Positions 29,108 to 38,805 of a stretch of DNA of 64,000 nucleotides are shown here, in pieces (within the stretch, counting starts at the first letter, position 1; the number at the start of each line of letters is the position of its first letter). Source of the DNA: an uncultured Gammaproteobacteria bacterium. GTDB lineage: Bacteria > Patescibacteriota > Microgenomatia > UBA8517. Under the pieces are notes generated by a model, which was not told the origin of the DNA, searched no databases, and was given only the letters and a program-made list of their open reading frames with translations. Location of the stretch: contig CAYRUS010000001.1 of NCBI GenBank assembly GCA_964427735.1, forward strand, positions 290,173 to 354,172, in the 5' to 3' direction. The position numbers and the translations under genes were made by a program.

Positions 29108-29482
29108 TTATTTCTTCATAGCATCTCTTATTTGCTCTTCATTCATCCCAAAATGATGCCCTATTTCATGAATAACAGTATCTCTTACTTTTTCTTTTAA
29201 CTCATCTGGAGTCTTTGAAACCATCATTAAGGGTATCTTAAAAATAGTAATTTTATCTGGCAATGTTGGACCTATTCCATATCTACCCCTTTTTGTTTGA
29301 GGAACACCTTCATATAATCCTAAAAGCAACCCTCCCTCTCCTCTCAACTGAACTTTTTCCATTTGCAGATTATTTGGATAATCCTCCATAACAATGGATA
29401 CATTTTCCATCCTATCCAAAAACTCTCGTGGTAAAGATTCAACAGCTTCGTCAATGAACTTCATGAATTGATCATCATCCAT
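29108..29482 (-). CDS. Zincin-like metallopeptidase family protein
   Basis: LLGLYEGVP, PDKITIF, HEIGHHFG. Confidence 0.88.
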   Translation of the reverse strand: MDDDQFMKFIDEAVESLPREFLDRMENVSIVMEDYPNNLQMEKVQLRGEGGLLLGLYEGVPQTKRGRYGIGPTLPDKITIFKIPLMMVSKTPDELKEKVRDTVIHEIGHHFGMNEEQIRDAMKK

Positions 29483-29540
29483 AAGGAGATTATATACTAA
29501 CATTCCTGTGGCTAATCTGTCGTTTTAAATGCATTAAAAA

Positions 29541-29816
29541 TTAATTTAAATCACCACTATCCGATTGTCCTTTACCCTCAGTAATTACCAACAATTGTCC
29601 AAGTCTTTCAACAAATTTTTTGGCATGATCACGACTCATTCCAACTCTTGCTACAATTCTTACTTGATTGGTTGGTCCAAGGGCTTGCATAACATTTAGC
29701 ACAACACCATTTTCGTTAGTAGTCATATTAATATTGTCAGTATAAAGTATTGGTGTTGAGTCTAAGTTTATACTTACTTGTGCCGTTTTTGTTTCTTGTT
29801 GTTTTTTTTCTGCCAT
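29541..29816 (-). CDS. DUF3467-like small protein
   Basis: P.LY.D, IVARV.MS..HAK; AGGAGGTG SD. Confidence 0.7.
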   Translation of the reverse strand: MAEKKQQETKTAQVSINLDSTPILYTDNINMTTNENGVVLNVMQALGPTNQVRIVARVGMSRDHAKKFVERLGQLLVITEGKGQSDSGDLN

Positions 29817-29839
29817 AAATCTCACCTCCTAAAAGAAAC

Positions 29840-30136
29840 CTATATATAATCATCTCTTTCGTGTGGAATTGGAGGATATAAATCAGGATAATTACGATAA
29901 TGGGATCGATAAGATTGAATTAGCTCTAGTGCTGCCTCTCCTTTTGGAAAGTCACCTTCATTTTGCAAATGAGTTAATAATTCCCATGCTTCAGCATCAG
30001 TACCTGTAATTAATTTCATTTTTTGGATAGGTGATAAAGAATCAAATTCTTTTGCACCCAAAACCGTCATCTTACCTTTTAAATAGTCAGCAACCGGTAA
30101 TCTTTTAATAAACCTTGAAAAACGTTCGGGCAACAT
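29840..30136 (-). CDS. Hypothetical protein
   Basis: 98-aa ORF in an intergenic gap. Confidence 0.55.
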   Translation of the reverse strand: MLPERFSRFIKRLPVADYLKGKMTVLGAKEFDSLSPIQKMKLITGTDAEAWELLTHLQNEGDFPKGEAALELIQSYRSHYRNYPDLYPPIPHERDDYI

Positions 30137-30227
30137 CAGCAGATGTGAACATTATATAAACTAAATTTTTCAAAAGCAAAAGAATAAATTTGTTATATAA
30201 TTAAATTAGGCTCAGGATAAAAATTTT

Positions 30228-30253
30228 TGAAACAATTTAAACACACGATCGTA
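30228..30253 (+). promoter_or_regulatory. ECF-sigma (SigW-type) autoregulatory promoter
   Basis: TGAAAC-N16-CGTA upstream of the ECF sigma gene. Confidence 0.75.
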
Positions 30254-30282
30254 TTACAAATACATATACTGTCCAAATATTT

Positions 30283-30804
30283 ATGAACGATCAGTTATTA
30301 ATAGAAAAAGCTAAAAAAGGAAAACTTTCCGCGTTTGAGCTGATAGTTAAAAATCACCAAAGAGCAATCTTCAGACATACTCTAAGAATCCTCAAAGACC
30401 ATGACAAAGCAGCAGACGCAACCCAAGATACTTTTATAAAAGCATATAAAAATATCAGTAAATTTAAAAAAGGCAAACCCATAAAACCGTGGATTTATAA
30501 AATTGCTACAAACACTTGTTACGACATTATAAAAAAGGATTCCAGAGTTAGCAGACTAGATATTGAAATAAAAAGTGAGAATGATGCCCCAATTGAGCGA
30601 ATTATCAAAAAGGAACAAGTGAAAAATTTACTTTTAGCACTTAAAAAATTACCGGATAAATACAAAACTCCAATTACTGGCTTTTACTTTGATAGATTAA
30701 GTTACAAAGAACTTGCTGACAATCTGAACTTACCAATCAACACCTTAAAAACACGAATCAGACGTGGAAAATTAATTTTGAGAAAGGAGTTGATATACCA
30801 ATGA
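30283..30804 (+). CDS. ECF RNA polymerase sigma factor
   Basis: Region 2 DATQDTFIKAY...WIYKIA.N; region 4 SYKELA..L..P..T.KTR..RG. Confidence 0.93.
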   Translation: MNDQLLIEKAKKGKLSAFELIVKNHQRAIFRHTLRILKDHDKAADATQDTFIKAYKNISKFKKGKPIKPWIYKIATNTCYDIIKKDSRVSRLDIEIKSENDAPIERIIKKEQVKNLLLALKKLPDKYKTPITGFYFDRLSYKELADNLNLPINTLKTRIRRGKLILRKELIYQ

Positions 30805-31205
30805 ATGATAAATTAACCGAAAAAATCATGTATGAAGTAGCGAAAAAAGAACGCAGTGACGTTTTTGTTTCTTTGTTTTTATTGCTACCTACTATTATTG
30901 CACTTGTATTTATTGCAGCTGTTTGTTCACACAAAACTTTATCAAATCTTTCTAACAAAGGGTTTTTTGATTTAATAATTGAATTTGAATACGATCTGAA
31001 TAATTTTTATCCACAAATAGCTGATTTAGGCAACAAACTCTGGGAGGAAACAGTAAGAGGATTTCTAGCTGCATCTGCAGCTAGCTCTACTGCTGCATTC
31101 TTTTTACTCAAAAAGAGCAAGCTTACTTATTTACGTACAAGAGTAAAGGAAATTAGCAAGTACTTTAGTGAAACAAATTCACTTATATATCGTATTAATA
31201 AGTAG
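30801..31205 (+). CDS. Putative membrane anti-sigma factor
   Basis: ATGA overlap with the sigma gene; two hydrophobic segments. Confidence 0.6.
   Translation: MNDKLTEKIMYEVAKKERSDVFVSLFLLLPTIIALVFIAAVCSHKTLSNLSNKGFFDLIIEFEYDLNNFYPQIADLGNKLWEETVRGFLAASAASSTAAFFLLKKSKLTYLRTRVKEISKYFSETNSLIYRINK
31169..31194 (+). promoter_or_regulatory. Second SigW-type promoter
   Basis: TGAAAC-N16-CGTATTA, same spacing and boxes as the 30228 promoter. Confidence 0.7.
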
Positions 31206-31302
31206 AGGGAGGTGATAAATTTCAGAAACCTAATTTTGTCTCAACGGACAGGGGACAAAAAATCAAGAAGTCCACCTAACATATCCAAAAACATACTCTT
31301 TG

Positions 31303-31332
31303 CAAAACTGCCACTTAAAAGTGGTAGTTTTG
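31303..31332. terminator. Bidirectional terminator
   Basis: CAAAACTGCCACT/AGTGGTAGTTTTG hairpin between convergent units. Confidence 0.75.
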
Positions 31333-31333
31333 T

Positions 31334-32131
31334 TTATATTATTAATTCATCGATAAGCCTTTTTTCGTTTTCTTCTTTGACATAGGCTCTTACCTGAACA
31401 TATTTTTCTATTCCAGAACCTTTAAGTTTACTTTTTAGAAGTTCATCAACTTGAAATATACCAGCAGAATTGTTCATTGTTATTGTGATGAGTATGGGTT
31501 TTTCTTTACCTTCACTTATTTCAATTTCATCTATAGCTGCATGAGATAAAGAATGAATGTCTATTATCCCTGCTTCGTAACCCGCTTTAGATCTACCCTC
31601 ACTCATATCCAGTGCATCTGCAACACGAACAATGCCTGCTTCTAATGTTAATGGTTTTCCATTTTTTCTATGGCTGATTATTGCATGCAAAACTTCAGAA
31701 ATTATGATAGTTCTTTCTTCAATTGGAAGAAAATTTAATGATTCCCGAAGTATGCTATTTACTAAAAATAAGCTAAATTCTTCGTGGCCTTCTCTGCTTA
31801 CAGACATTCCCAAATCATGCAAAATACTAGCAAGAAACAGCACAACCTCAGCATGATCATTAGACAAATTAAAGTCCTCTACAATAGACATTTTTATATT
31901 ATTCTTGCCAAGAATTCTTGAAAACCTCAGTGCAATGTTTGCAACTATTTGAAAATGTACAGTCCCGTGGTCTGTCATCTTAATCCTATCCAGAGCATTA
32001 ACATTAATAACTTTCCACAAAGTATGTATTTCTTTATTTGAGTTAATTTCTTCTACTACTTTCTCAAGAAGCTTGTTTTTTGCAACCGGGACCTTAATAC
32101 TTACCGGCTGCTTATTATTCTTCGATTTCAT
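31334..32131 (-). CDS. HD-domain phosphohydrolase
   Basis: DHG.VH, ILHDLG, HAIISH, RVADALDM. Confidence 0.85.
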   Translation of the reverse strand: MKSKNNKQPVSIKVPVAKNKLLEKVVEEINSNKEIHTLWKVINVNALDRIKMTDHGTVHFQIVANIALRFSRILGKNNIKMSIVEDFNLSNDHAEVVLFLASILHDLGMSVSREGHEEFSLFLVNSILRESLNFLPIEERTIIISEVLHAIISHRKNGKPLTLEAGIVRVADALDMSEGRSKAGYEAGIIDIHSLSHAAIDEIEISEGKEKPILITITMNNSAGIFQVDELLKSKLKGSGIEKYVQVRAYVKEENEKRLIDELII

Positions 32132-32202
32132 AACCTTTGATATTTTATCAAAAAGCTTGAAAGTTAGCCAATTTTAATTTTGGCTAATGTATAATAGAAC
32201 TT

Positions 32203-33159
32203 ATGTTAGTTGATGAAGCAGAAATAACAATTAAAGGTGGTCATGGCGGACCAGGAATAGTTTCGTTTGGTAAGGGGAAAAAATCCGGACCTGACGGAGG
32301 AAATGGCGGAAGAGGAGGAGATCTTTATTTAATGGGCAGCTCAGATCTAACTCTTTTAAATCAATTTTTAACTAAAACACTATTTGAGGCAGAAAATGGA
32401 GAATCAGGTGGAAGAAACCGCAAAACGGGAAAAAGTGGTAAGGATTTAGAAATCCGATTACCAGTTGGGACCAGTGTTATTGATATAAGATCAGGTAAAA
32501 AATTAGCTGAAATAGAAAAAGAAGACCAAAAAGTACTTATTTGTAAAGGAGGAAAAGGAGGAAGAGGTAACTACGAATTTAGAAGCCCAAAAAGAACAAC
32601 ACCAAGGTTTGCTCAGCCAGGACTCCCCGGAGAAGAATATGATGTAAAAGTTGTTTTAAAGCTTATAGCAGACTTTGGTCTGGTTGGTCTACCCAATGCA
32701 GGGAAAAGTAGTCTTTTGAATGAACTGACAAATGCAAAAGCCAAAATCGCAAATTACGCGTTCACTACTCTATCCCCTAATCTCGGCGTACTTAATGGCA
32801 AAATATTGGCTGATATTCCCGGGCTTATCGAAGGAGCTTCTGAGGGGAAAGGTCTTGGTTTTACTTTTCTAAAACATATTGAAAAAGTTAAAGTATTACT
32901 TCATTGCATATCTTCTGAATCAACAAATCCTATAGATGATTATCAGGCAGTACGAAAAGAATTAAAAAATTACAAAAAAGCTTTAGTGGAAAAGCCAGAA
33001 ATAGTATTGATAACAAAATCTGACTTAGTGGACAAAAAAACACTTAAATCTCTAAAAGATCAATTCAAAACAAAAAATATTAAAGCTTTGTATATATCCA
33101 TACATGATTGGGACAGTATAAAAACTTTAAAAAATGAACTTTTGAATATAAAATATTAA
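32203..33159 (+). CDS. obgE: GTPase ObgE/CgtA
   Basis: Gly-rich Obg domain, GLPNAGKSS, DIPG, TKSD. Confidence 0.96.
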   Translation: MLVDEAEITIKGGHGGPGIVSFGKGKKSGPDGGNGGRGGDLYLMGSSDLTLLNQFLTKTLFEAENGESGGRNRKTGKSGKDLEIRLPVGTSVIDIRSGKKLAEIEKEDQKVLICKGGKGGRGNYEFRSPKRTTPRFAQPGLPGEEYDVKVVLKLIADFGLVGLPNAGKSSLLNELTNAKAKIANYAFTTLSPNLGVLNGKILADIPGLIEGASEGKGLGFTFLKHIEKVKVLLHCISSESTNPIDDYQAVRKELKNYKKALVEKPEIVLITKSDLVDKKTLKSLKDQFKTKNIKALYISIHDWDSIKTLKNELLNIKY

Positions 33160-33191
33160 AGTTAAGGGTCTATTTAATAATATTTTTAGCT

Positions 33192-33710
33192 ATGAATATT
33201 ACACCGTTTGTTATCGAAAATATCGGCAAAATAATTTTTTCTATTGTTGTTTTGGCAGGTACATTTTTGTTAAGAATACTAATCAAAAAAGCTGTTAAGA
33301 TAGCTTTCCTTAAAGTTTCAACAAAGCTTGACAAAAAGCATTTAGCCAGAACAAAAACAATAAGGTCTCTTCTTGTTAATATAATTAATTTAGCAGTACT
33401 ATTGGTCGCAGTTTTGACCATTTTATCCACTTGGGGAGTTGATGTTGCCCCCTTACTCGCAGGGATTGGTGTGTTCGGTATAGCAATTTCTTTTGGTTCT
33501 CAATCCTTGGTAAAGGATTTTATAAGTGGATTTTTTATTATTCTTGAGGATCAATTCCATGTTGGAGATACTATTAAAGTAGCTAGTTTTGAAGGTGTTG
33601 TTAAAAGTATTTCTATCCGGACTACTGTGATTAAGGATAGTGACGGTAATCTGATTTTTATTCCTAACTCAAAAATCGATATTGTAACCAGATATAAACC
33701 AAAGAAATAA
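33192..33710 (+). CDS. Small-conductance mechanosensitive channel family protein (short)
   Basis: FGSQSLVKDFISG, F.VGD.I, IPNS. Confidence 0.88.
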   Translation: MNITPFVIENIGKIIFSIVVLAGTFLLRILIKKAVKIAFLKVSTKLDKKHLARTKTIRSLLVNIINLAVLLVAVLTILSTWGVDVAPLLAGIGVFGIAISFGSQSLVKDFISGFFIILEDQFHVGDTIKVASFEGVVKSISIRTTVIKDSDGNLIFIPNSKIDIVTRYKPKK

Positions 33711-33712
33711 GA

Positions 33713-34249
33713 CTAATAAAGGTTATTTATAAAATTCTGTAATTCTTCTACTGCTAACAAACAATCTTTTACTTCATATATATCTGTTGGTTTGTCCCCC
33801 TCAGCTACAGTTGTCCTGTTATAATTTATTTTTGCTTTTGAAATATTTTCTTCAAATGGAAGAGTCCTTGAATCAGCATATATAAACATACTTTCCATTT
33901 GAATACCACTTACCTTTGTTATTGAGTAAATTTGAGTCAAAGTCTTAATATCTGGCTCCTGCATCATAACCATTCGAAATTCAATTTCTTCTCCACTATC
34001 CAAAGATAAAGTTATTCGCGTCTCGTCAAAACAATTTACAGGATCAAGTAAGCAAACTGCAGCTCTATGAATAAATTCCTTATTTTCCAGTAATTTTTTT
34101 ATGAGAAGTTCTTTTAACTCTAAATATTTTATTGTTTTCTCTTCTATGCCTAAAGCTTCACTTTTTAGTTCTTGCTCATTTTCACGAACATTCTCCGCCG
34201 AAGCAACTTCAGATTGAACATTTCCGATTGTAAGCTCTTTTTCCAGCAT
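33713..34249 (-). CDS. Hypothetical protein
   Basis: 178-aa ORF. Confidence 0.65.
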   Translation of the reverse strand: MLEKELTIGNVQSEVASAENVRENEQELKSEALGIEEKTIKYLELKELLIKKLLENKEFIHRAAVCLLDPVNCFDETRITLSLDSGEEIEFRMVMMQEPDIKTLTQIYSITKVSGIQMESMFIYADSRTLPFEENISKAKINYNRTTVAEGDKPTDIYEVKDCLLAVEELQNFINNLY

Positions 34250-34337
34250 GATAATATAGTGGCTGGGCAGATTTTTGTATTTTATTTGATAGAATATAAA
34301 AGACTGTTAATTAACAAATTTAATAACTTAAATTTGA

Positions 34338-35282
34338 CTAAGGCTGAAACAAGGTCTCTGGAATAATTTCTACCTCATCTACTTCTTCAAAAGCTTGGGC
34401 TGTTTTTTCTATTTGTGAGCGGAGTAAAGATACTCTGCAGGAACCTCCAGAAGTTGCATTCTGAGGATCACTAAATTCCAAAGTCAGTAAACCATTTTCT
34501 AAGTTAGCACCCTCTAATTCAAATCCTTCCAACGGAAATTCTGTTGTAAAACCTTGTTGCCTTTCTGAACTCGTAAGATTTCCTTGTATTAAAAGTTCAA
34601 TGGTATCCTGGATTGGTGTTTGAGTAACTGGGATTTCTTTTTGGACAGGTCTTACATATCGAGAGTCACAGGAAAGGTTTGGGTTTCCATCTCTGTCTAC
34701 TTCCTCATTATAATAATAAACACTGACTTGTCTTCTCTCGCTATCTTCAAATCTAACAGGTATTCTTAGCTCATCCGCATTCTCAGGCAACCCGGAAGGG
34801 TTTGCTTTCTCCAAAATAAGAGTACCGCTCTCCGTACCAGATGCAGTAAAAGTAAGCTCAGCTTCGAAAGGAACAAAATCTTCGGTCATCCATTCTCCAA
34901 GAGCCTGTGCAGAACCTTCTGCAACTTGATTCCCTTCCGAGTCTAACAGGCTTACTGGAAAACTAGCTTCAAAATACCAAGTACCTCTTGCTTCTCCTGT
35001 TATTATTAAAGGACTTGTTATTGTTTGATTTGGTTTAGGAGATTCTATTCTTATTAAATCACTTTTTTCTAACTCATTGCCTATCTCTTCGACGAAAGTT
35101 TTACCATCAGTAAAGCATTGTCTTGGATAAGATTCCATTACAGGGTTTCCAGCCTCAACACACTCTTCAAAGGAGTTAATTGCATTCTGAATAGGAGCAT
35201 TTTTTTCAAAAATTCTAAAAAATAAAAACAACCCTGTAATAACTATAAGTATTCCTAAAAGGACTAACAAATTCTTTTTCAT
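34338..35282 (-). CDS. Gmad2 Ig-like plus GerMN-domain membrane-anchored protein
   Basis: G.ARG.W.FEASFP, NPSGLPEN, GGSC.V...QI.KT. Confidence 0.8.
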   Translation of the reverse strand: MKKNLLVLLGILIVITGLFLFFRIFEKNAPIQNAINSFEECVEAGNPVMESYPRQCFTDGKTFVEEIGNELEKSDLIRIESPKPNQTITSPLIITGEARGTWYFEASFPVSLLDSEGNQVAEGSAQALGEWMTEDFVPFEAELTFTASGTESGTLILEKANPSGLPENADELRIPVRFEDSERRQVSVYYYNEEVDRDGNPNLSCDSRYVRPVQKEIPVTQTPIQDTIELLIQGNLTSSERQQGFTTEFPLEGFELEGANLENGLLTLEFSDPQNATSGGSCRVSLLRSQIEKTAQAFEEVDEVEIIPETLFQP

Positions 35283-35363
35283 ATATCTATTTTAAACTTT
35301 ATTTTCCTTATTATAGCTTATTTCAAACAATATTCTGTTATTATAATAATTAAATGTGATTTT

Positions 35364-36839
35364 ATGAATAATAAAGTAAAATCTTTCACCCAAAGAGTTC
35401 TCCATTTTTTCAGCCCTTTTTCTCGACTCGGTGAGTCTCAGTATTCTTACTCCTTTCCTTTGTTATTGTCACTTATCTTTGTATTACTATCTGAGTTCCT
35501 TGTTACCATACTGTCTGCTCCTGAAATGGTAGGCATTATTGCTATTTTTCTTTTCATGGCTTTGATTGTGTATTTGTCATTTCGTGATGGAATTAGAGGT
35601 GGATTTATAGCAGCATCGATTACAATTCTTTACTATCTCTATATTTTAAATCGCGAAGGTGGCACCAATTCTGAAGGAATAAGAACAATAGTTCTCTTCA
35701 CTATTGCATATTATGCTATTGCTGGAGTTATAGGATGGCTTAGGCAATCAATAGACCAGTTGATACAAAAGGAGTTAGACAATAGAAGTAGACTTTCCTC
35801 TGTAATCCAACAATTACCAATAGGCGTTATTATTACTGACAAACAAGGCACAGTTGAATTAGTGAATAAACAAACAGAGAAGATTTTAGGTGAAGAAATT
35901 CTAATTGGCTCCTCAATTGAGCAAGGACTATCCTTCAAATCTAAACATAATGGTAAATACACCCAACAAACAAGCCAAATATTCCATGACTTAAAGTCTT
36001 CGGGGAAAACTATAATTGACCGTGAATTTGAGGTAAAGCGACAAGATGGGAAAAAAGTATATGTTCAGGTAAATGCTGATATCATCAAGAATACAAAAAA
36101 ACAAACAATTGCAACTGCAACTATAATTAATGACATCACTGAAAAAAAAGAACTGGAACTAAGAAAAGATGACTTTATAAATACTGCTTCCCATGAATTA
36201 AAAACCCCATTAACTAGCCTTAAGTTATACGCAGATAAACTTTCTATCTACAATCAAGATAAAAGACATACCAAAACAAAACTAATTGAAAAAGGAATCC
36301 AAACACAAATTGAACGATTACAAAAATTAGTTTCTGATTTATTGGATGTGTCACGTCTTCAAACAGGGAAGCTATCCTACAACAAAGAAAAATTCAAGAT
36401 AGATGCACTAATAAATGAAACGATTAAGTCTATGGACGAACCAAAAGATGATGTCAGAATTGACTTTAAGACAAAAAGCTCAGCAATTGTTACTGCAGAT
36501 AAGTTTAGAATATCTCAAGTTTTAAATAATCTACTTACCAATGCAATTAAGTTCTCTCCTGACAATAAAAGTATTATTATTAAATCTCAAAAAGCTGATG
36601 GGAAAGTTATTGTAAGTGTCCAAGACCATGGAATAGGGATCGATGAATCGCAACACAAATACATCTTTGGAAGACTTTACCAAGTCACAGACAACAACAT
36701 TAAAACTTACCCGGGTCTTGGAATGGGACTTTATATATCAAAAGAGATTATAGAACGCCACAAAGGAAAGATTTGGGTTGAAAGCAAAAAAGGAAAAGGG
36801 TCTACTTTTTATTTCAGCCTTCCTCTAGCAAAGAATTAA
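35364..36839 (+). CDS. Membrane PAS sensor histidine kinase
   Basis: ASHELKTPL H-box, NAIKF, DHGIGI, GLGMGL. Confidence 0.93.
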   Translation: MNNKVKSFTQRVLHFFSPFSRLGESQYSYSFPLLLSLIFVLLSEFLVTILSAPEMVGIIAIFLFMALIVYLSFRDGIRGGFIAASITILYYLYILNREGGTNSEGIRTIVLFTIAYYAIAGVIGWLRQSIDQLIQKELDNRSRLSSVIQQLPIGVIITDKQGTVELVNKQTEKILGEEILIGSSIEQGLSFKSKHNGKYTQQTSQIFHDLKSSGKTIIDREFEVKRQDGKKVYVQVNADIIKNTKKQTIATATIINDITEKKELELRKDDFINTASHELKTPLTSLKLYADKLSIYNQDKRHTKTKLIEKGIQTQIERLQKLVSDLLDVSRLQTGKLSYNKEKFKIDALINETIKSMDEPKDDVRIDFKTKSSAIVTADKFRISQVLNNLLTNAIKFSPDNKSIIIKSQKADGKVIVSVQDHGIGIDESQHKYIFGRLYQVTDNNIKTYPGLGMGLYISKEIIERHKGKIWVESKKGKGSTFYFSLPLAKN

Positions 36840-37165
36840 TACAAAACGTAAACACTAAGCAACTGTAATATTTTCAATGAATCACTAAAAAATGTTAAAT
36901 TTAAACTCAGACAAATCTTTGTTTTAGTCTCCTCATGTGTAAGGATATTGGTCCTAATATTGAACTTTTAGGCTACCCACATACCTATTGAAATAAAATC
37001 TATTTGGATGTTTTTCACTTGCTATTAATAAAGCCAACACTCTATGGGGTCCATCAACCAATTGACCATTGTAATACTTCCATGGCTTTTCTAAATTTTA
37101 TTATTTAGCATACAAGTATCTAGACTTTTCAAAGAAACAATATATTTGATTAAACCGCCTTAGAT

Positions 37166-37417
37166 TCACCTTTCCCCTAATTGATCAATAGTTTCATTAG
37201 TGAACCATCTTCTGATATTTAGCATAACTATATGTACACTAGATTTTCCTATCCTTACTTTAGTTACCAGTATTGGTCTTTCTATCTCCTCATTAACACT
37301 ACAGAAGTATTTACCTGATTTTACTCTAGCCTCCAAAAGCTCAACAGCTCGCTCTGCTCTTTTTAGTGAAGAAAATTGAGCTTTATAGATAGTTTCTCTA
37401 AACTCATATTCAACCAT
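37166..37417 (-). CDS. Hypothetical protein
   Basis: 83-aa ORF with TATAAT just upstream. Confidence 0.5.
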   Translation of the reverse strand: MVEYEFRETIYKAQFSSLKRAERAVELLEARVKSGKYFCSVNEEIERPILVTKVRIGKSSVHIVMLNIRRWFTNETIDQLGER

Positions 37418-37510
37418 CTATAAAAATTATACTTTGAAATATTTAAGCTAACAATAAACTAGACTGTCTTATTTTTTAATTCTTTGTTAGAATCTATTTA
37501 GAATAGTTGT

Positions 37511-38113
37511 ATGGATATTCAGGATAAAAAAGGTTTTACCTCAATAGTTATAATTTTAGTGATTCTGGCAATAGTAGCTCTTGGTGGCAGCATTTTGTTT
37601 ATAAACACAAAAAAACCTAACTTAGAAGAATCAACAGCCACAGAAATGATTGTTACTAATGATGAAACTGAAACAGACTCAGATCTTTCTTTTTCGGGAA
37701 CTTATTTTGACACAATTGAAAAGGGTAGTCCTTTAGAATGTGATTGGAGTGCTCCGGAAGGGTTTGGACCTAATCAAATAGGACAAGGAAAACTCTACAC
37801 TGACGGAAATGGAAATGGTAGAACTGAAGCTGTCTTCTCTGTCGCAAATGCAAATGCTAATACTTATGCTATTTTTATGAATGAAACCGTATATCAATGG
37901 ACAGAACTGCCTTCTGGTCAAAAAATAGGAATTAAAATCACCAAAGAAGATGCTCAAGCTAGTGAAGATAACCTTACAGATGAAGAAAAAGAGCAAGGAA
38001 AACAATATGCATCCCAATACTCATTTTCTTGTAAACCTTGGGCAATTGATACCACAATGTTTGAATTACCAGATGATGTAGAATTTTCTGAAGTTAGCTC
38101 ACTTACTTCTTAA
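37511..38113 (+). CDS. Hypothetical exported protein with pilin-like leader
   Basis: KKGF followed by a hydrophobic helix; Cys pair; C..W..D..MF.LP tail. Confidence 0.7.
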   Translation: MDIQDKKGFTSIVIILVILAIVALGGSILFINTKKPNLEESTATEMIVTNDETETDSDLSFSGTYFDTIEKGSPLECDWSAPEGFGPNQIGQGKLYTDGNGNGRTEAVFSVANANANTYAIFMNETVYQWTELPSGQKIGIKITKEDAQASEDNLTDEEKEQGKQYASQYSFSCKPWAIDTTMFELPDDVEFSEVSSLTS

Positions 38114-38141
38114 ATCCACATAATATTATTTGAATCTTTTG

Positions 38142-38771
38142 TTAGAGAGATCTTATCTTTTTATTTAGTTTGCTATTTTTACTCTTTTTAACTTTTTTCC
38201 AGTTTGGTATATTTTCTTTTTCTTCTTTATAGCCACTTTGTCCTTCATCTATTAATTTTTCCAGTATATTTTTGAATTTCAAAGGATGGGCAATGTTTTC
38301 TAAAACAATTTCCCTATCTTTCGAACCGGCAGTATGAATCATCAAGCGTCCATATTTATACAAGCTCCTTTCAATAAAACTTTGGTAGACCTCTACATGA
38401 GTAATTTTGTCGTAAACAGCGGAAGTAAGACTTACATTGAAATACCCCTGCTGGGAAATCAGTCTTTTGTTCGTAAGAATATATTGAGTTCCTTTACTCA
38501 TAAAATAGATTTGAATGTAAGTTACTATAAACGAAAGAGCATAACCTGCAAGTAAAGCCACAACAGGAGACTTTGTGAAATAATAAACTCCTCCAAACCC
38601 AATAATAATAAAAATAACACCAGGAATTAAAAACCTAATTAAAAAAATTCTCACTAAGTACATGTGAGAAACTCCAGTGAAATACAACATCTTTTCTCCG
38701 TGAGCCAGATAATGAGAAAAGCTTTTTATTTCCTTTTCGCTAGCAGGCTTCAGATAAAGCGTATCTTCCAT
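38142..38771 (-). CDS. Bacterial PH-domain membrane protein
   Basis: Two TMs then YILTNKRL...G...I..V.V.QS..ER...YG...I.TAG. Confidence 0.82.
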   Translation of the reverse strand: MEDTLYLKPASEKEIKSFSHYLAHGEKMLYFTGVSHMYLVRIFLIRFLIPGVIFIIIGFGGVYYFTKSPVVALLAGYALSFIVTYIQIYFMSKGTQYILTNKRLISQQGYFNVSLTSAVYDKITHVEVYQSFIERSLYKYGRLMIHTAGSKDREIVLENIAHPLKFKNILEKLIDEGQSGYKEEKENIPNWKKVKKSKNSKLNKKIRSL

Positions 38772-38805
38772 ACCTCATTCTATCATTTACAACTAGCAAT
38801 TAAGT

